Shown here piece after piece: positions 39,130-52,604 of a stretch of 64,000 nucleotides of DNA. The stretch is from Octopus sinensis (Eukaryota), in contig NC_042999.1 in the NCBI RefSeq assembly GCF_006345805.1, forward strand, positions 102,424,001 through 102,488,000, written 5' to 3'. The notes below the pieces were generated by a model. The model was given only the letters and a program-made list of their open reading frames with translations, ran no database searches and had not been told where the DNA came from. Position 1 is the stretch's first letter. Each line of letters opens with the position of its first letter. A program made the translations under genes and the position numbers.

Positions 39130-39777
39130 GTACAGTTTACTTTTCACTCTGAGCGAGAGGCCATTGTCGCCAGCAGAGGCAGGAGCTTTCTGAACTTTGC
39201 CCAGGCTATTCTTATTCTTTTCTACTCTAGGCACAAGGCATGAAATTTTGGGGGAGGGGGCCAGTGGATTAGATCAACTCAAGTATGCAACTGGTACTTA
39301 ATTTATTGACTCCGAAAGGATGAAAGGCATAGTTAACCTCAGTGGAATTTGAACTCAGAACATAAAGACAGATGAAATACCGCTAAGCATTTTGCTTGGC
39401 GTGCTAACGTTTCTGCCAGCTCACCGCCTTCCAGGTTACTCTTATTCTAGCAGCTATGCCCTCTGAGGATCTACTCCCACCACAGACTTGGTCACCTAGG
39501 TAGTGGAAGCTATCAACTACTTCTAGTTTTTCCCCCTGGCATGTGATGGAATATGTTTTCTGTAAATCTGTGCCTTATTGCCCCCTGTGCATCTGCCACA
39601 TACAAAAACTATCTTCCCAATTAACCTTCCTTTGATATTAGTGCACCTCTTATGTGTCCATAGCTTACACTGGGTACATTTTACAGAGTTTCTACCTACG
39701 CCTCTTCTACAGATCGAGCAGGGTCATTTACCTGAAGGGCATTCTGATTTGTCTGCCTTCCTACTTACTAGGACTTT
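39130..39777 (-). mobile_element. Internal RTE LINE fragment (PHD to thumb region), split by a SINE
   Basis: Reverse complement of the RTE segment KVLVSRK...CSICRRGVGRNS.KCTQCKLWTHKRC...LEVVDSFHYLGDQV...IAWAKFRKLLPLL. Confidence 0.9.
39219..39430 (-). mobile_element. Family B SINE with 18-bp TSD
   Basis: TSD ccaggctattcttattct (39201-39218) / ccaggttactcttattct (39431-39448). Confidence 0.92.
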
Positions 39778-40328
39778 AAATAATATAAATGTAAAATAAG
39801 TAAATAACAGAAGTAAAATATCCAATTATGAGATATATAAAAAAAATCTAAATACATATACATTCATAGTCATTTACGTATAATTAAAAATAAAACCATA
39901 CAAAACCTAAATTAATCAGTTAATGCCCAATTCTATATGTTTACTTGTATTTAATTAGAAATATAGTGAAAATAAAATTAAAATAAAATTTTGAATATTC
40001 TAATTTATTTACATTTATCCTAGCTGGTTTCACAACATCTTAATAATGATGAATATTACCAAAATAATTGCATTCATAGTAACTCAATTTACGAGTTATA
40101 TAAAGATAACTACATTAAGTAAACAAAGGTGGATAGTCTCAATTTAAATAACAGTTAACTTACAACTGTTACCAGTGAATGCATTATGTATTTTTAGTCA
40201 CTTGATCTTTACTAAGCTACTCTCTGCTGTTTCTGCATATTGGGTTAATATAGAAAAATATTCTTGAAACCTTTTAATCCATTTGCACTTTCTTTTTATA
40301 TCACATTGACTTACATTATGAATAGTTA

Positions 40329-40733
40329 TAGGCACAGGAGTGGCTGTGTGGTCAGTAGCTTGCTTACCAACCACATGGTTCCGGGTTCAGTCCCACTGCA
40401 TGGCACCTTGGGCAAGTGTCTTCTGCTATAGCCTTGGGCTGACCAAAGCCTTGTGAGTGGATTTGGTAGACGGAAACTGAAAGAAGCCTGTCGTATATAT
40501 GTATATGTATAGATATGTGTGTGGGTGTTTGTGTGTCTGTGCTTGTCTCCCCAACATCGCTTGACAACTGATGCTGGTGTGTTTATGTACCCATAACTTA
40601 GTGGTTCGGCAAAAGAGACCAATAGAATAAGTACTAGGCTTACAAAGAATAAGTCCTGGAGTTGATTTGCTTGACTAAAGGCGGTGCTCCAGCATGACTG
40701 CAGTGAAATGACTGAAAGAAGTAAAAGAGTAAA
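40329..40733 (+). mobile_element. Family A CORE-type SINE, full length
   Basis: taggcacaggagtggctgtgtgg head (A box), gggttcagtccc (B box), CORE-like block, internal microsatellite, gaaagaagtaaaagag tail. Confidence 0.92.
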
Positions 40734-41176
40734 TAGGTCATCATCTATTTAGACATGGGTTATGTATGTTAATATACATATTTATTTATTCATCTTGTTT
40801 GCCTGGTAGTATCACTAACACATTAGTACAGTGAAAAAAAGTTGGTATTTTGGATTTTGCTTTCCAACCTCATGGTTCCAGGTTCAGTCCTATTGTGTGA
40901 AACCTTGGATTATAAATATATGTATATATGTATCTTTCTATCTGTGTTTGTTCCCCACCACTGATTGACAACTGGTATTGGTTTGTTTACATCCCTGTAG
41001 CTTAGCAGTTTGGCAAAAGATATTGATTAAATAAGTAGCAGACTTAGAAAAAAGTACTGGGGTTGATTCATTTGACTAAAAGTTCTTCAAGGTGGTGCCC
41101 CAGCATGGCCACAGTCTAATGATTAAAACAAGTAAAAGATAAAATATATTCATCATCATCATCATCATGATTGAGT

Positions 41177-41537
41177 GTGGAGGTGCAATGGTCCAATGGT
41201 CGTAGGATCGTGGTTTTGATTCCCAGATTGGGCGTTGTGAGTGTTTATTGAGTGAAAACACCTAAAGCTCCATGAGGCTCTGGTGGGGGGTGGTGGCAAA
41301 TCCTGCTGTACTCTTTCACCACAACTTTCTCTCACTCTTTTTTCCTGTTTCTGTTGTACCTGTATTTCAAAGGGCCAGCCTTGTCACACTCTGTGTCATG
41401 CAGAATCTCCTTGAAAACTACATTAAGGGCACACGTGTCTGTGGAGTGCTCAACAACTTGTACATTAATTTCACGAACAGGCCGTTCCATTGATAGGATC
41501 AGCTGGAACCCTTGTCGCAACCGATGGAGTGCCATCA
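41177..41537 (+). mobile_element. tRNA-derived SINE (family C)
   Basis: Degenerate tRNA-like head (tggtccaatgg, ggttttgattccc) and a long body. A related head fragment lies at 56463-56527(-), and body fragments at about 41770 and 55280-55350. Confidence 0.65.
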
Positions 41538-43894
41538 TTAAGTTCCACCATGGTCAACTTGGCCTTTCATCCTTTCGGGGTTGATAAATTAAGTACTAAC
41601 GAAACAGTGGAGTTGATGAAATCAACAAGTCCCCTCCCTTAAAATTTCTGGCCTTGTGCCTTCAGTAAAAAGGGTTATCATTATTATTATTATTGTTGTT
41701 GTTGGTTGTTGTTGTCCTTCTTCTTCTTATTATTATTATTGTTATTTTCAAATTGATTTGCATTTTATTTCATCAACTGGAACCCTTATTGTTGTAAGTG
41801 ACATAATGCCAATATCTCACAAGTAACATTTGCATACGATCTGGTAATATATATGAAATCTTGGCCACAGTTTTGTTGTTTAAACCTAGGTCAGCCCTGA
41901 TTGTATTGATCTATGATCAAAGGTATTCCAACCTTGGTCATTTCCCCATTTTTCAAAATGTGTTGTCCAATATTTCCTTCCTTACTATTAAGACACCAAG
42001 ACTATGACTTGGGGAAGATTTTTATGCTATATCCAGCCTATCAAATGATAAAATTCAAGCTCTTTTGATCTTTTAAATGGTTAAGTGAATTGTGATGATA
42101 TGATATGCCATAAAATATTCAGTTCAGAAATAAAGCAAAATGCCAACAGCATATTTGAAACAAAAGCCTATAAGGAGATAGTCCAATATGTTATCTACTC
42201 CAACATTTTGTTTCTACTTGACAGAACTGATCAGACGTAAAAGTAATATTATAAAATCATGAATTAATAACTGTGTATTAAAGATATCTGTGACACATCT
42301 TTAATACTATGTTTTCTCCATCAAATTTCAATTAATGTTTCAATGATATGTCAGAAGTATACACTATATCTTTAATATCACCAACACACTCCAATCTTTA
42401 ACAACAGACAAGATGTCTCCTTCCCCTTTAGTAGCAGTATAAAAGGCCAATAAGACTGTGTGAAGAAATTGCAGATTGTGTCAATGGTATTAGATATTCT
42501 AAGGAATACATTATATTTTAGAAATATACTGTATTTATTAGAATACCCAGTATATGACCAAAACTTTCCAGCCTCTTTGTCTCTTTCTAATGCCTTTTCT
42601 ACTAATGTGTCCTCTTCTCCCAGAATGTCTGGTCTATGTCACCTCTGTCCGAGTTCAGCCAGCCCGTGTGTCTTCCCTCTTCCAGTTACCCATACAGCAC
42701 ACACTCTCACTTATTTTTCAGGCTCCTGCGCATTTTATGTGGAAGAAAGACAGGATAAATATCTGGTTTCTTCCACTTCAAAAAATCACACCTTGCCTAT
42801 GTTTTCCCTGTAGCTGTCAATGTGCAGCTGTTCTTGAGGAACATCAGCCATGTTTATCTCATTGGTCTTGGAGGGCCTGCAAAAGCCACAGGTATAGACC
42901 TTCCCACAAAAACAAACCATTACAAAAACACATAAAAAACAGACTTCCACTACATTCAACAAGTAAATACACACTCTCACACACACACACACACACACAT
43001 ACACACACATGTGGCTGTTTGGTTAAAAAGCTTGCTTTCAAACCATGTGCTCTCAGGTTCAGTCCTACGGCATGGCATCTTGGGCAAGTGTCTTCTAATA
43101 TAGTCCCCAAAGTCTTGTGAGTGAATTTAGGAGAAGGAAACTGAAAGAAGCTCATTACGTATGTATTCAAATACATGTGTGTATGTGTGTGTGTGTGTGC
43201 ATGTGTGCCTGTGTGTTTGTGTGTACCTTTGCCTTGACATCATATTATGGTTGTAAATGAGCATCCCCATCATACAAGCAATGTTGTTCATCTTCAGTCT
43301 TCCATGAAAAATGTGTCTCGCAATGAGGAAATATTACCTTGCTTGGAAACAGATGGTGATAGGAAAGGCATCTGAACATAAAAAAATCAACAAATTTCAC
43401 CTGGCCCTTATAAACATGGAAAAGTAAACTTCAAAATGACAATGATGATGATGATGATGACTTTATATATAAACCTCATTATATTAAACAGTATTTTATT
43501 ATTCTTGAAAAATTTGGTTTTACTAATGAAGTGGAAACAGCTTTAATTTATGACATGTTTCATTTGTTTGAATAAAATAATAAAATTGAATTGAATTTAT
43601 CATTTAATCATCATCATCATCATCATCGTTTAACGTCCGTTTTCCGCGCTATAATGAATAAAATAATTTAATTGTTCAATTTATTATTGAAATATGAGAG
43701 TAGAAAAACAGCCAACAACTGATAAAGGGTCATTCTTTGTGTTGTTTGTCTTGTTTTACATTTGTATCTTTCGTTGTTCAAAAAAATAGTTCCTATTCTA
43801 TGTACTCGTACTTTGTAATTTTTTGTTGTACACATTTTGTGATGTCCAGTGCCCATATATGCATGTATACACACATAAATGTAAGTATGTACAT

Positions 43895-43912
43895 ATACGT
43901 ATGTATATATGC

Positions 43913-43977
<65 letters not shown>
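43895..43977. repeat. (TA)n microsatellite, left flank of the duplication
   Basis: Direct reading. Confidence 0.95.
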
Positions 43978-43979
<2 letters not shown>

Positions 43980-46900
43980 CCATCCCCTTTTAGTACCCTC
44001 CCGCCTCGTAATATCCTACGTTTTTATTTCTTACGAACCTACACCAACCCTTCCTGCCATCGTTCCTCCTTACCCCAACCTTCCCCACTGGTTGCTCCCC
44101 TATATTACCCGCCTCAACTGGACCCCCCCTCCCCAACTCAACTCTAGAATATCTGTATTTCTTTCCTCTACCTAATTACGTTACTCAGTGACGATAACGA
44201 ATGTCCACTGCTAACACCAGCTCCTGCCCACGGCGTGGTCAGGTTGGAAGAGAGATCAAAAGAAAAATACCACGAAAACTATCACCACCACAACAACCCT
44301 CCTCTTCTCAGGCGCCGAATCCCCCCCCGTCCCCCCACATCTCCTTCCCAGTTTTCAGAGTTGGCACTATCAATGTTGGTACATTGACAGGCAAGTCTAG
44401 TGAGATTGTAGAGATGCTAGAGAGAAGACAGGTTGATGTATGCTGCATACAAGAGGTAAGAGGGAGAGATGCTTCGGCTAGGGTCCTCACGGGCAAGGCA
44501 CTTAGGTACAAACTGGCAAGGTAACGCGGAAGGTGTAGGGGGTGTAGGCATTCTCCTTGCGGAGGAATGGGTGGATAAGGTCATAGAGGTTGTCAGGGTT
44601 TGTGATAGAGTGCTTAAGCTCAGGTTGGTCCTACAGAGTGGCACAGCTATGATTATCTCAGCCTATGCCCCACAAGCGGGACTACCAAATGATCAGAAGG
44701 ACAACTTTTATGATACCCTTCTGCAGGCTACTTCAAAGACTAGTAACAAGGACCTCATCTTTGTAGGTGGAGATTTTAATGGGCATGTTGGGCGGGAATC
44801 GGGTATCTTCACTGGGGTACATGGTGGCTATGGTATTGGCACCAGAAATGATGAGGGAACTAGACTGCTGGAATTCTGTGATGCATGTAACCTTTCAATC
44901 TGCAACACTAACTTCAAGAAGCCAGTCTGCCACCTTATAACTTATCAGTCAGGAGACTCCGCTAGCCAAATAGACTTCATCCTCACCAGACAACGGGATG
45001 CAGGGTTGCTCTTGAATACAAAGACCCTCCCGGGTGAAGAATGTATCCCTCAGCATAGACTAATCATCAGTGACTTTAAGCTTGAGGCCAGAAGGACTCC
45101 AAGAAACAAACCAATCCAGAAAAGAAGGATTTGGAGGCTAAAGAACCCTTCGCATGGTCAGAAATTTAGGGACATACTCATCAAGAAATTTGATGAGAGG
45201 GAGGAGGAGCTTCAGACGTCAGACATAGAAGGTAGCTGGGAATTCCTACGGGACAGCTTGTTGAGTGCCACAGACCAAGTCTGTGGATGGTGCAAAGTCC
45301 CTTCCAGACCTAGAATTACGTGGTGGTGGAATAGTGCAGTAGATAAAGCCATCTGTGAAAAGAGACGGGCCTGGAAAGCCTGGAAGGATAGGGGCAGCAG
45401 GGAACTGTACCAGATAGCCAAAAGGGAGGCTGGGCGGCAGGTATACATTGCCAAAGATGTAGCAGAAAAGAAGAAGTTTGCCAATGTCCAGCGTCGCGAG
45501 GATCAAAGAGCTGAAGTATTTCGGATTGCCAGACAGTGTGTCAGAGAAAATAGTGATGTTATAGGAGAGAAATGTGTCCGCATGGATGATGGGGCACTTG
45601 CTTTTTACTACTAGTGAAAAGAAAGAGGCTTGGAGAAGCCATTATGAAAGACTGCTGAATGAGGAGAATGAATGGGAGGAGGAGAGCCCGCCAAATGTTG
45701 ACCCAGTAGAGGGACCAGCTACCCGAATAGACAGCTCCCTTGTAGATAAGGCAATTAAGGATATGAAACCAGGCAAAGCCCCTGGCCTATCAGGAATCAC
45801 TGCTGAGATGCTTAAAACAGCTGGCTATGTGGGCTATGCCATAGTCACCCGCATTGTAAACCAGGTAGTTCACAATGGAGTCATACCCAATGACTGGTGC
45901 AGCAGCACCATAGTCAACTGCTACAAGGGTAAGGGTGATGCTCTAGATAGAAATAACTACAGAGGTATCAAACTGTTGGACCAGGTGATGAAGGTCTCAG
46001 AGAAGGTCATAACCAATCTCATTAGGGAGAGAATTTGTTTAGATGAAATGCAGTTCGGTTTTGTACCAGGTAGAAGCACCACTGATGCTATATTCCTGGT
46101 CCGACAACTGCAGGAGAAGTACCTAGCTAAAGATAAACCCCTCTACATAGCTTTTGTAGACTTGGAGAAAGCCTTTGACAGGGTTCCCCGTTCCCTTATC
46201 TGGTGGTCGATGCGGAAACTGGAGATTGAAGAATGGCTAATAAGGGCTGTACAGGCTCTATACAGAGAGGCTGTCAGCAAGGTTAGGATTGGCAACGAAT
46301 ATAGTGAAGAATTCCGGGTAGAAGTAGGTGTGCACCAGGGCTCAGCCCTCAGTCCCCTTTTATTCATCATAGTCCTTCAGGCAATAACAGAGGAATTCAA
46401 AACGGGATGCCCCTGGGAGCTCCTCTATGCCGATGACCTAGCTCTCATAGCAGAATCACTACCGGAACTAGAAGAGAAATTTCGGGTGTGGAAGCAAGGG
46501 TTGGAATCAAAGGGCCTTAGAATAAATGTAGCAAAGACCAAAGTATTAGTAAGCAGCAAGAGGTACTCAGCACACATCCCCTCGGGTAGGTGGCCCTGCT
46601 CAACCTGTAGGAAAGGTACAGGTAGAAACTCCATAAGATGCACCCAATGTAAGTTATGGACACATAAGAGGTGCAGCAACATTAAAGGGAAATTAACAGA
46701 TAAGATAGCTTTCATGTGCGGCAGATGCACAGGGACAATAGACACAACAGACACTCAGAAAACAGATTCCATCACACTCCAGGGAGAGAAACTAGAAGTA
46801 GTTGATAGTTTCCGCTACCTGGGTGACCAAGTTAGTAGCGGAGGTGGATGCACAGAGAGTATCACCACTAGAATACGAATAGCCTGGGCAAAGTTCAGAA

Positions 46901-47744
46901 AGCTCCTACCCCTACTGGCAACAAAAGGTCTCTCCCTCAGAGCAAAAGGTAGATTGTATGATGCATGTGTGCGAACTGCCATGCTTCACGGTAATGAAAC
47001 ATGGGCTGTGACTGCAGAAGACATGCGTAGACTTGAAAGAAATGAAGCTAGCATGATCCGCTGGATGTGTAGTGTCAGTGTGCACGCAAAACAGAGTGTA
47101 AGTATCCTGAGAGAAATGCTGGATATAAGAAGCATCAGATGTGGTGTGCAAGAGCGACGCTTGCGATGGTATGGTCATGTGCTGCGGATGGATGAAGAGA
47201 GATGTGTGAAGAAGTGCCACTCCCAAACAGTTGAAGGTATCAGGGGGAGAGGTAGACCCAGGAAGACATGGGATGAGGTGGTCAAGCATGACCTCAGAGC
47301 ATTGGGCCTCACTGAGGCAATGGCGAAGGACCGAGATCTCTGGAGATATGCTGTGACTACAAAGACCCGGGCTGCTTTCTGCAGCAATTCCACATACCCC
47401 CTACCCATTCTAAGTACCCCGGATCCCCAAAGTACCCTGGATCCCCAAAGTACCCCGATCCCCAAAGTACCCCGGACCTCGTTGCCCCCGTGCCGCTGAC
47501 ACGTTAAAATGCTCGAACCGATCGTGACGATGCCGGACCCTCCAGCCCCTGTGCAGGTGGCACGTAAAAAGCACCCAATCCACTCACGGAGTGGTTGGCG
47601 TTAGGAAGGGCATCCAGCCGTAGAAACTCTGCCAGATTCAGACTGGAGCCTGGAGCGGCCCCTGGCTTCCCAGACCCGGTCGAACCGTCCAACCTGTGCT
47701 AGCGCGGAAAGTGGACGTTAAACGATGATGATGATGATGATGAT
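43978..47744 (+). mobile_element. Near-full-length RTE-clade LINE, copy 1
   Basis: Pyrimidine-rich 5' UTR, a single APE-RT ORF, 3' UTR and (GAT)n tail at 47724-47744. Confidence 0.97.
44201..47499 (+). pseudogene. RTE ORF: apurinic-like endonuclease + reverse transcriptase with PHD insert; two frameshifts (about 44515 and 45605)
   Basis: GTINVGTL, CCIQE, GVGILL, SAYAPQ, GGDFNGHVG, SQIDFIL, QHRL (APE); KAPG, YKGKGD, NYRGIKLL, QFGF, DLEKAFD, GVHQG, YADD, FRYLG, RLRWYGHV, RGRPRKTW (RT and C-terminus). Confidence 0.96.
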
Positions 47745-47749
47745 ATATA

Positions 47750-48780
47750 TCTTTATATATATAAAACTGAGAATGTGTGTCTGTCTGTCTGTGTGTTTCC
47801 CTAAAACTTGAGAACTACACAACCAATTTCATTCAAATTTTACACATGCCTTACTTAGGGTCCATATAGTTTCATGGGCAAAAAAAAATGTTCAACTTCT
47901 TGCCTAGAGCAAACCCATAGCAATATCATATCTTCTCCACTATTTCAGTATTATGTGTTAAAAGTGAAACAAAAACGTTTCTCTATTTTATGTCAGATAC
48001 TTTCACTTTAACAATAAAAATAATAATAACAATTGAATTATATGTAGTAAGTAATAATTAAAATCAAACTAAAGTATAATATAATCGTAACATAACAAAA
48101 GTAAAAATAGCAATTGGTATAAAATTGCATCAATGACTTGAACTTGAATAAGTGGTTTCACATGAATGGGAATAAATTAAAAATAAAATTAGCATGCAGA
48201 AATAGAATAGTCCAGATGGATAATAAAAAATCAAATTAAAGAAAAGACTATTGTCTATAAAGTATACAATGTAGAGAAAAAAGAAGATTTGAACGCATGG
48301 AGGAAAGCACCTTTGAAAAGTATCTTGGTGTGACTATGAAAGGTATCTAATCAGAGGCGGTAAGTTCGCCACAATAGAAGCAAGGTTCGAGTCAACGGAG
48401 CGTGCAAGGGAGTACTTGACTCAAACTTGCAAAGTGGAAATATTTTATTTTTACCTTTATATCTGGGACATAGGATGTCCCGGAAAAAAATTTTAAATGC
48501 CCCCCACCCCCCACCCCAGAAGTAGAGGTAGGCTGGATTGTACCAACACTTCTATACAAGAGGGAGGACAAGATACAATTGATTGAAATTACAAGAGACG
48601 GGCTAACAATTCCAGTCTGTTATATATTTTGAGTATTGTTATCACTAGCGATATCAAGATATAACTTTGTATTTTGTATTTTATGTGTAGATGTATATAT
48701 ATAGATGTACATGTAATATGTATACATATATATACATGCACTAGCACTATGACCCGGCCACGACGGGTCTTTAATGCTAG
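47750..48780 (+). mobile_element. Non-autonomous Helitron, copy 1 (1031 bp)
   Basis: 5' TC(TTTATATATATAAAA) after A; (gtct)n; 3' hairpin GACCCG-gccacga-CGGGTC then CTAG (48777-48780) before T; no TSD. Confidence 0.85.
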
Positions 48781-48786
48781 TATACA

Positions 48787-48833
<47 letters not shown>

Positions 48834-48835
<2 letters not shown>

Positions 48836-51800
48836 CCATCCCCTTTTAGTACCCTCCCGCCTCGTAATATCCTACGTTTTTATTTCTTACGAACCTACAC
48901 CAACCCTTCCTGCCATCGTTCCTCCTTACCCCAACCTTCCCCACTGGTTGCTCCCCTATATTACCCGCCTCAACTGGACCCCCCCTCCCCAACTCAACTC
49001 TAGAATATCTGTATTTCTTTCCTCTACCTAATTACGTTACTCAGTGACGATAACGAATGTCCACTGCTAACACCAGCTCCTGCCCACGGCGTGGTCAGGT
49101 TGGAAGAGAGATCAAAAGAAAAATACCACGAAAACTATCACCACCACAACAACCCTCCTCTTCTCAGGCGCCGAATCCCCCCCCGTCCCCCCACATCTCC
49201 TTCCCAGTTTTCAGAGTTGGCACTATCAATGTTGGTACATTGACAGGCAAGTCTAGTGAGATTGTAGAGATGCTAGAGAGAAGACAGGTTGATGTATGCT
49301 GCATACAAGAGGTAAGAGGGAGAGATGCTTCGGCTAGGGTCCTCACGGGCAAGGCACTTAGGTACAAACTGGCAAGGTAACGCGGAAGGTGTAGGGGGTG
49401 TAGGCATTCTCCTTGCGGAGGAATGGGTGGATAAGGTCATAGAGGTTGTCAGGGTTTGTGATAGAGTGCTTAAGCTCAGGTTGGTCCTACAGAGTGGCAC
49501 AGCTATGATTATCTCAGCCTATGCCCCACAAGCGGGACTACCAAATGATCAGAAGGACAACTTTTATGATACCCTTCTGCAGGCTACTTCAAAGACTAGT
49601 AACAAGGACCTCATCTTTGTAGGTGGAGATTTTAATGGGCATGTTGGGCGGGAATCGGGTATCTTCACTGGGGTACATGGTGGCTATGGTATTGGCACCA
49701 GAAATGATGAGGGAACTAGACTGCTGGAATTCTGTGATGCATGTAACCTTTCAATCTGCAACACTAACTTCAAGAAGCCAGTCTGCCACCTTATAACTTA
49801 TCAGTCAGGAGACTCCGCTAGCCAAATAGACTTCATCCTCACCAGACAACGGGATGCAGGGTTGCTCTTGAATACAAAGACCCTCCCGGTGAAGAATGTA
49901 TCCCTCAGCATAGACTAATCATCAGTGACTTTAAGCTTGAGGCCAGAAGGACTCCAAGAAACAAACCAATCCAGAAAAGAAGGATTTGGAGGCTAAAGAA
50001 CCCTTCGCATGGTCAGAAATTTAGGGACATACTCATCAAGAAATTTGATGAGAGGGAGGAGGAGCTTCAGACGTCAGACATAGAAGGTAGCTGGGAATTC
50101 CTACGGGACAGCTTGTTGAGTGCCACAGACCAAGTCTGTGGATGGTGCAAAGTCCCTTCCAGACCTAGAATTACGTGGTGGTGGAATAGTGCAGTAGATA
50201 AAGCCATCTGTGAAAAGAGACGGGCCTGGAAAGCCTGGAAGGATAGGGGCAGCAGGGAACTGTACCAGATAGCCAAAAGGGAGGCTGGGCGGCAGGTATA
50301 CATTGCCAAAGATGTAGCAGAAAAGAAGAAGTTTGCCAATGTCCAGCGTCGCGAGGATCAAAGAGCTGAAGTATTTCGGATTGCCAGACAGTGTGTCAGA
50401 GAAAATAGTGATGTTATAGGAGAGAAATGTGTCCGCATGGATGATGGGGCACTTGCTTTTTACTACTAGTGAAAAGAAAGAGGCTTGGAGAAGCCATTAT
50501 GAAAGACTGCTGAATGAGGAGAATGAATGGGAGGAGGAGAGCCCGCCAAATGTTGACCCAGTAGAGGGACCAGCTACCCGAATAGACAGCTCCCTTGTAG
50601 ATAAGGCAATTAAGGATATGAAACCAGGCAAAGCCCCTGGCCTATCAGGAATCACTGCTGAGATGCTTAAAACAGCTGGCTATGTGGGCTATGCCATAGT
50701 CACCCGCATTGTAAACCAGGTAGTTCACAATGGAGTCATACCCAATGACTGGTGCAGCAGCACCATAGTCAACTGCTACAAGGGTAAGGGTGATGCTCTA
50801 GATAGAAATAACTACAGAGGTATCAAACTGTTGGACCAGGTGATGAAGGTCTCAGAGAAGGTCATAACCAATCTCATTAGGGAGAGAATTTGTTTAGATG
50901 AAATGCAGTTCGGTTTTGTACCAGGTAGAAGCACCACTGATGCTATATTCCTGGTCCGACAACTGCAGGAGAAGTACCTAGCTAAAGATAAACCCCTCTA
51001 CATAGCTTTTGTAGACTTGGAGAAAGCCTTTGACAGGGTTCCCCGTTCCCTTATCTGGTGGTCGATGCGGAAACTGGAGATTGAAGAATGGCTAATAAGG
51101 GCTGTACAGGCTCTATACAGAGAGGCTGTCAGCAAGGTTAGGATTGGCAACGAATATAGTGAAGAATTCCGGGTAGAAGTAGGTGTGCACCAGGGCTCAG
51201 CCCTCAGTCCCCTTTTATTCATCATAGTCCTTCAGGCAATAACAGAGGAATTCAAAACGGGATGCCCCTGGGAGCTCCTCTATGCCGATGACCTAGCTCT
51301 CATAGCAGAATCACTACCGGAACTAGAAGAGAAATTTCGGGTGTGGAAGCAAGGGTTGGAATCAAAGGGCCTTAGAATAAATGTAGCAAAGACCAAAGTA
51401 TTAGTAAGCAGCAAGAGGTACTCAGCACACATCCCCTCGGGTAGGTGGCCCTGCTCAACCTGTAGGAAAGGTACAGGTAGAAACTCCATAAGATGCACCC
51501 AATGTAAGTTATGGACACATAAGAGGTGCAGCAACATTAAAGGGAAATTAACAGATAAGATAGCTTTCATGTGCGGCAGATGCACAGGGACAATAGACAC
51601 AACAGACACTCAGAAAACAGATTCCATCACACTCCAGGGAGAGAAACTAGAAGTAGTTGATAGTTTCCGCTACCTGGGTGACCAAGTTAGTAGCGGAGGT
51701 GGATGCACAGAGAGTATCACCACTAGAATACGAATAGCCTGGGCAAAGTTCAGAAAGCTCCTACCCCTACTGGCAACAAAAGGTCTCTCCCTCAGAGCAA

Positions 51801-52599
51801 AAGGTAGATTGTATGATGCATGTGTGCGAACTGCCATGCTTCACGGTAATGAAACATGGGCTGTGACTGCAGAAGACATGCGTAGACTTGAAAGAAATGA
51901 AGCTAGCATGATCCGCTGGATGTGTAGTGTCAGTGTGCACGCAAAACAGAGTGTAAGTATCCTGAGAGAAATGCTGGATATAAGAAGCATCAGATGTGGT
52001 GTGCAAGAGCGACGCTTGCGATGGTATGGTCATGTGCTGCGGATGGATGAAGAGAGATGTGTGAAGAAGTGCCACTCCCAAACAGTTGAAGGTATCAGGG
52101 GGAGAGGTAGACCCAGGAAGACATGGGATGAGGTGGTCAAGCATGACCTCAGAGCATTGGGCCTCACTGAGGCAATGGCGAAGGACCGAGATCTCTGGAG
52201 ATATGCTGTGACTACAAAGACCCGGGCTGCTTTCTGCAGCAATTCCACATACCCCCTACCCATTCTAAGTACCCCGGATCCCCAAAGTACCCTGGATCCC
52301 CAAAGTACCCCGATCCCCAAAGTACCCCGGACCTCGTTGCCCCCGTGCCGCTGACACGTTAAAATGCTCGAACCGATCGTGACGATGCCGGACCCTCCAG
52401 CCCCTGTGCAGGTGGCACGTAAAAAGCACCCAATCCACTCACGGAGTGGTTGGCGTTAGGAAGGGCATCCAGCCGTAGAAACTCTGCCAGATTCAGACTG
52501 GAGCCTGGAGCGGCCCCTGGCTTCCCAGACCCGGTCGAACCGTCCAACCTGTGCTAGCGCGGAAAGTGGACGTTAAACGATGATGATGATGATGATGAT
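48834..52599 (+). mobile_element. Near-full-length RTE-clade LINE, copy 2 (tandem duplicate)
   Basis: Appears identical to copy 1 except for a 1-bp deletion near 49888 (cccgggtg to cccggtg). Confidence 0.97.
49057..52354 (+). pseudogene. RTE APE-RT ORF copy 2; three frameshifts
   Basis: Same peptides as copy 1; the extra frameshift ends the APE frame at 49918. Confidence 0.95.
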
Positions 52600-52604
52600 A
52601 TATA

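Noticed and set aside
43895-43977. Single phase shifts (TT or AA) within long (TA)n tracts, also near 510, 7014, 17247 and 63646
   Set aside because: Most simply explained by slippage or consensus errors, not a functional signal.
44500-45615. Programmed frameshifting between RTE ORF segments
   Set aside because: RTE elements normally have one continuous ORF. The shifts fall inside conserved motifs (YKL[FW]QG) and look like inactivating indels.
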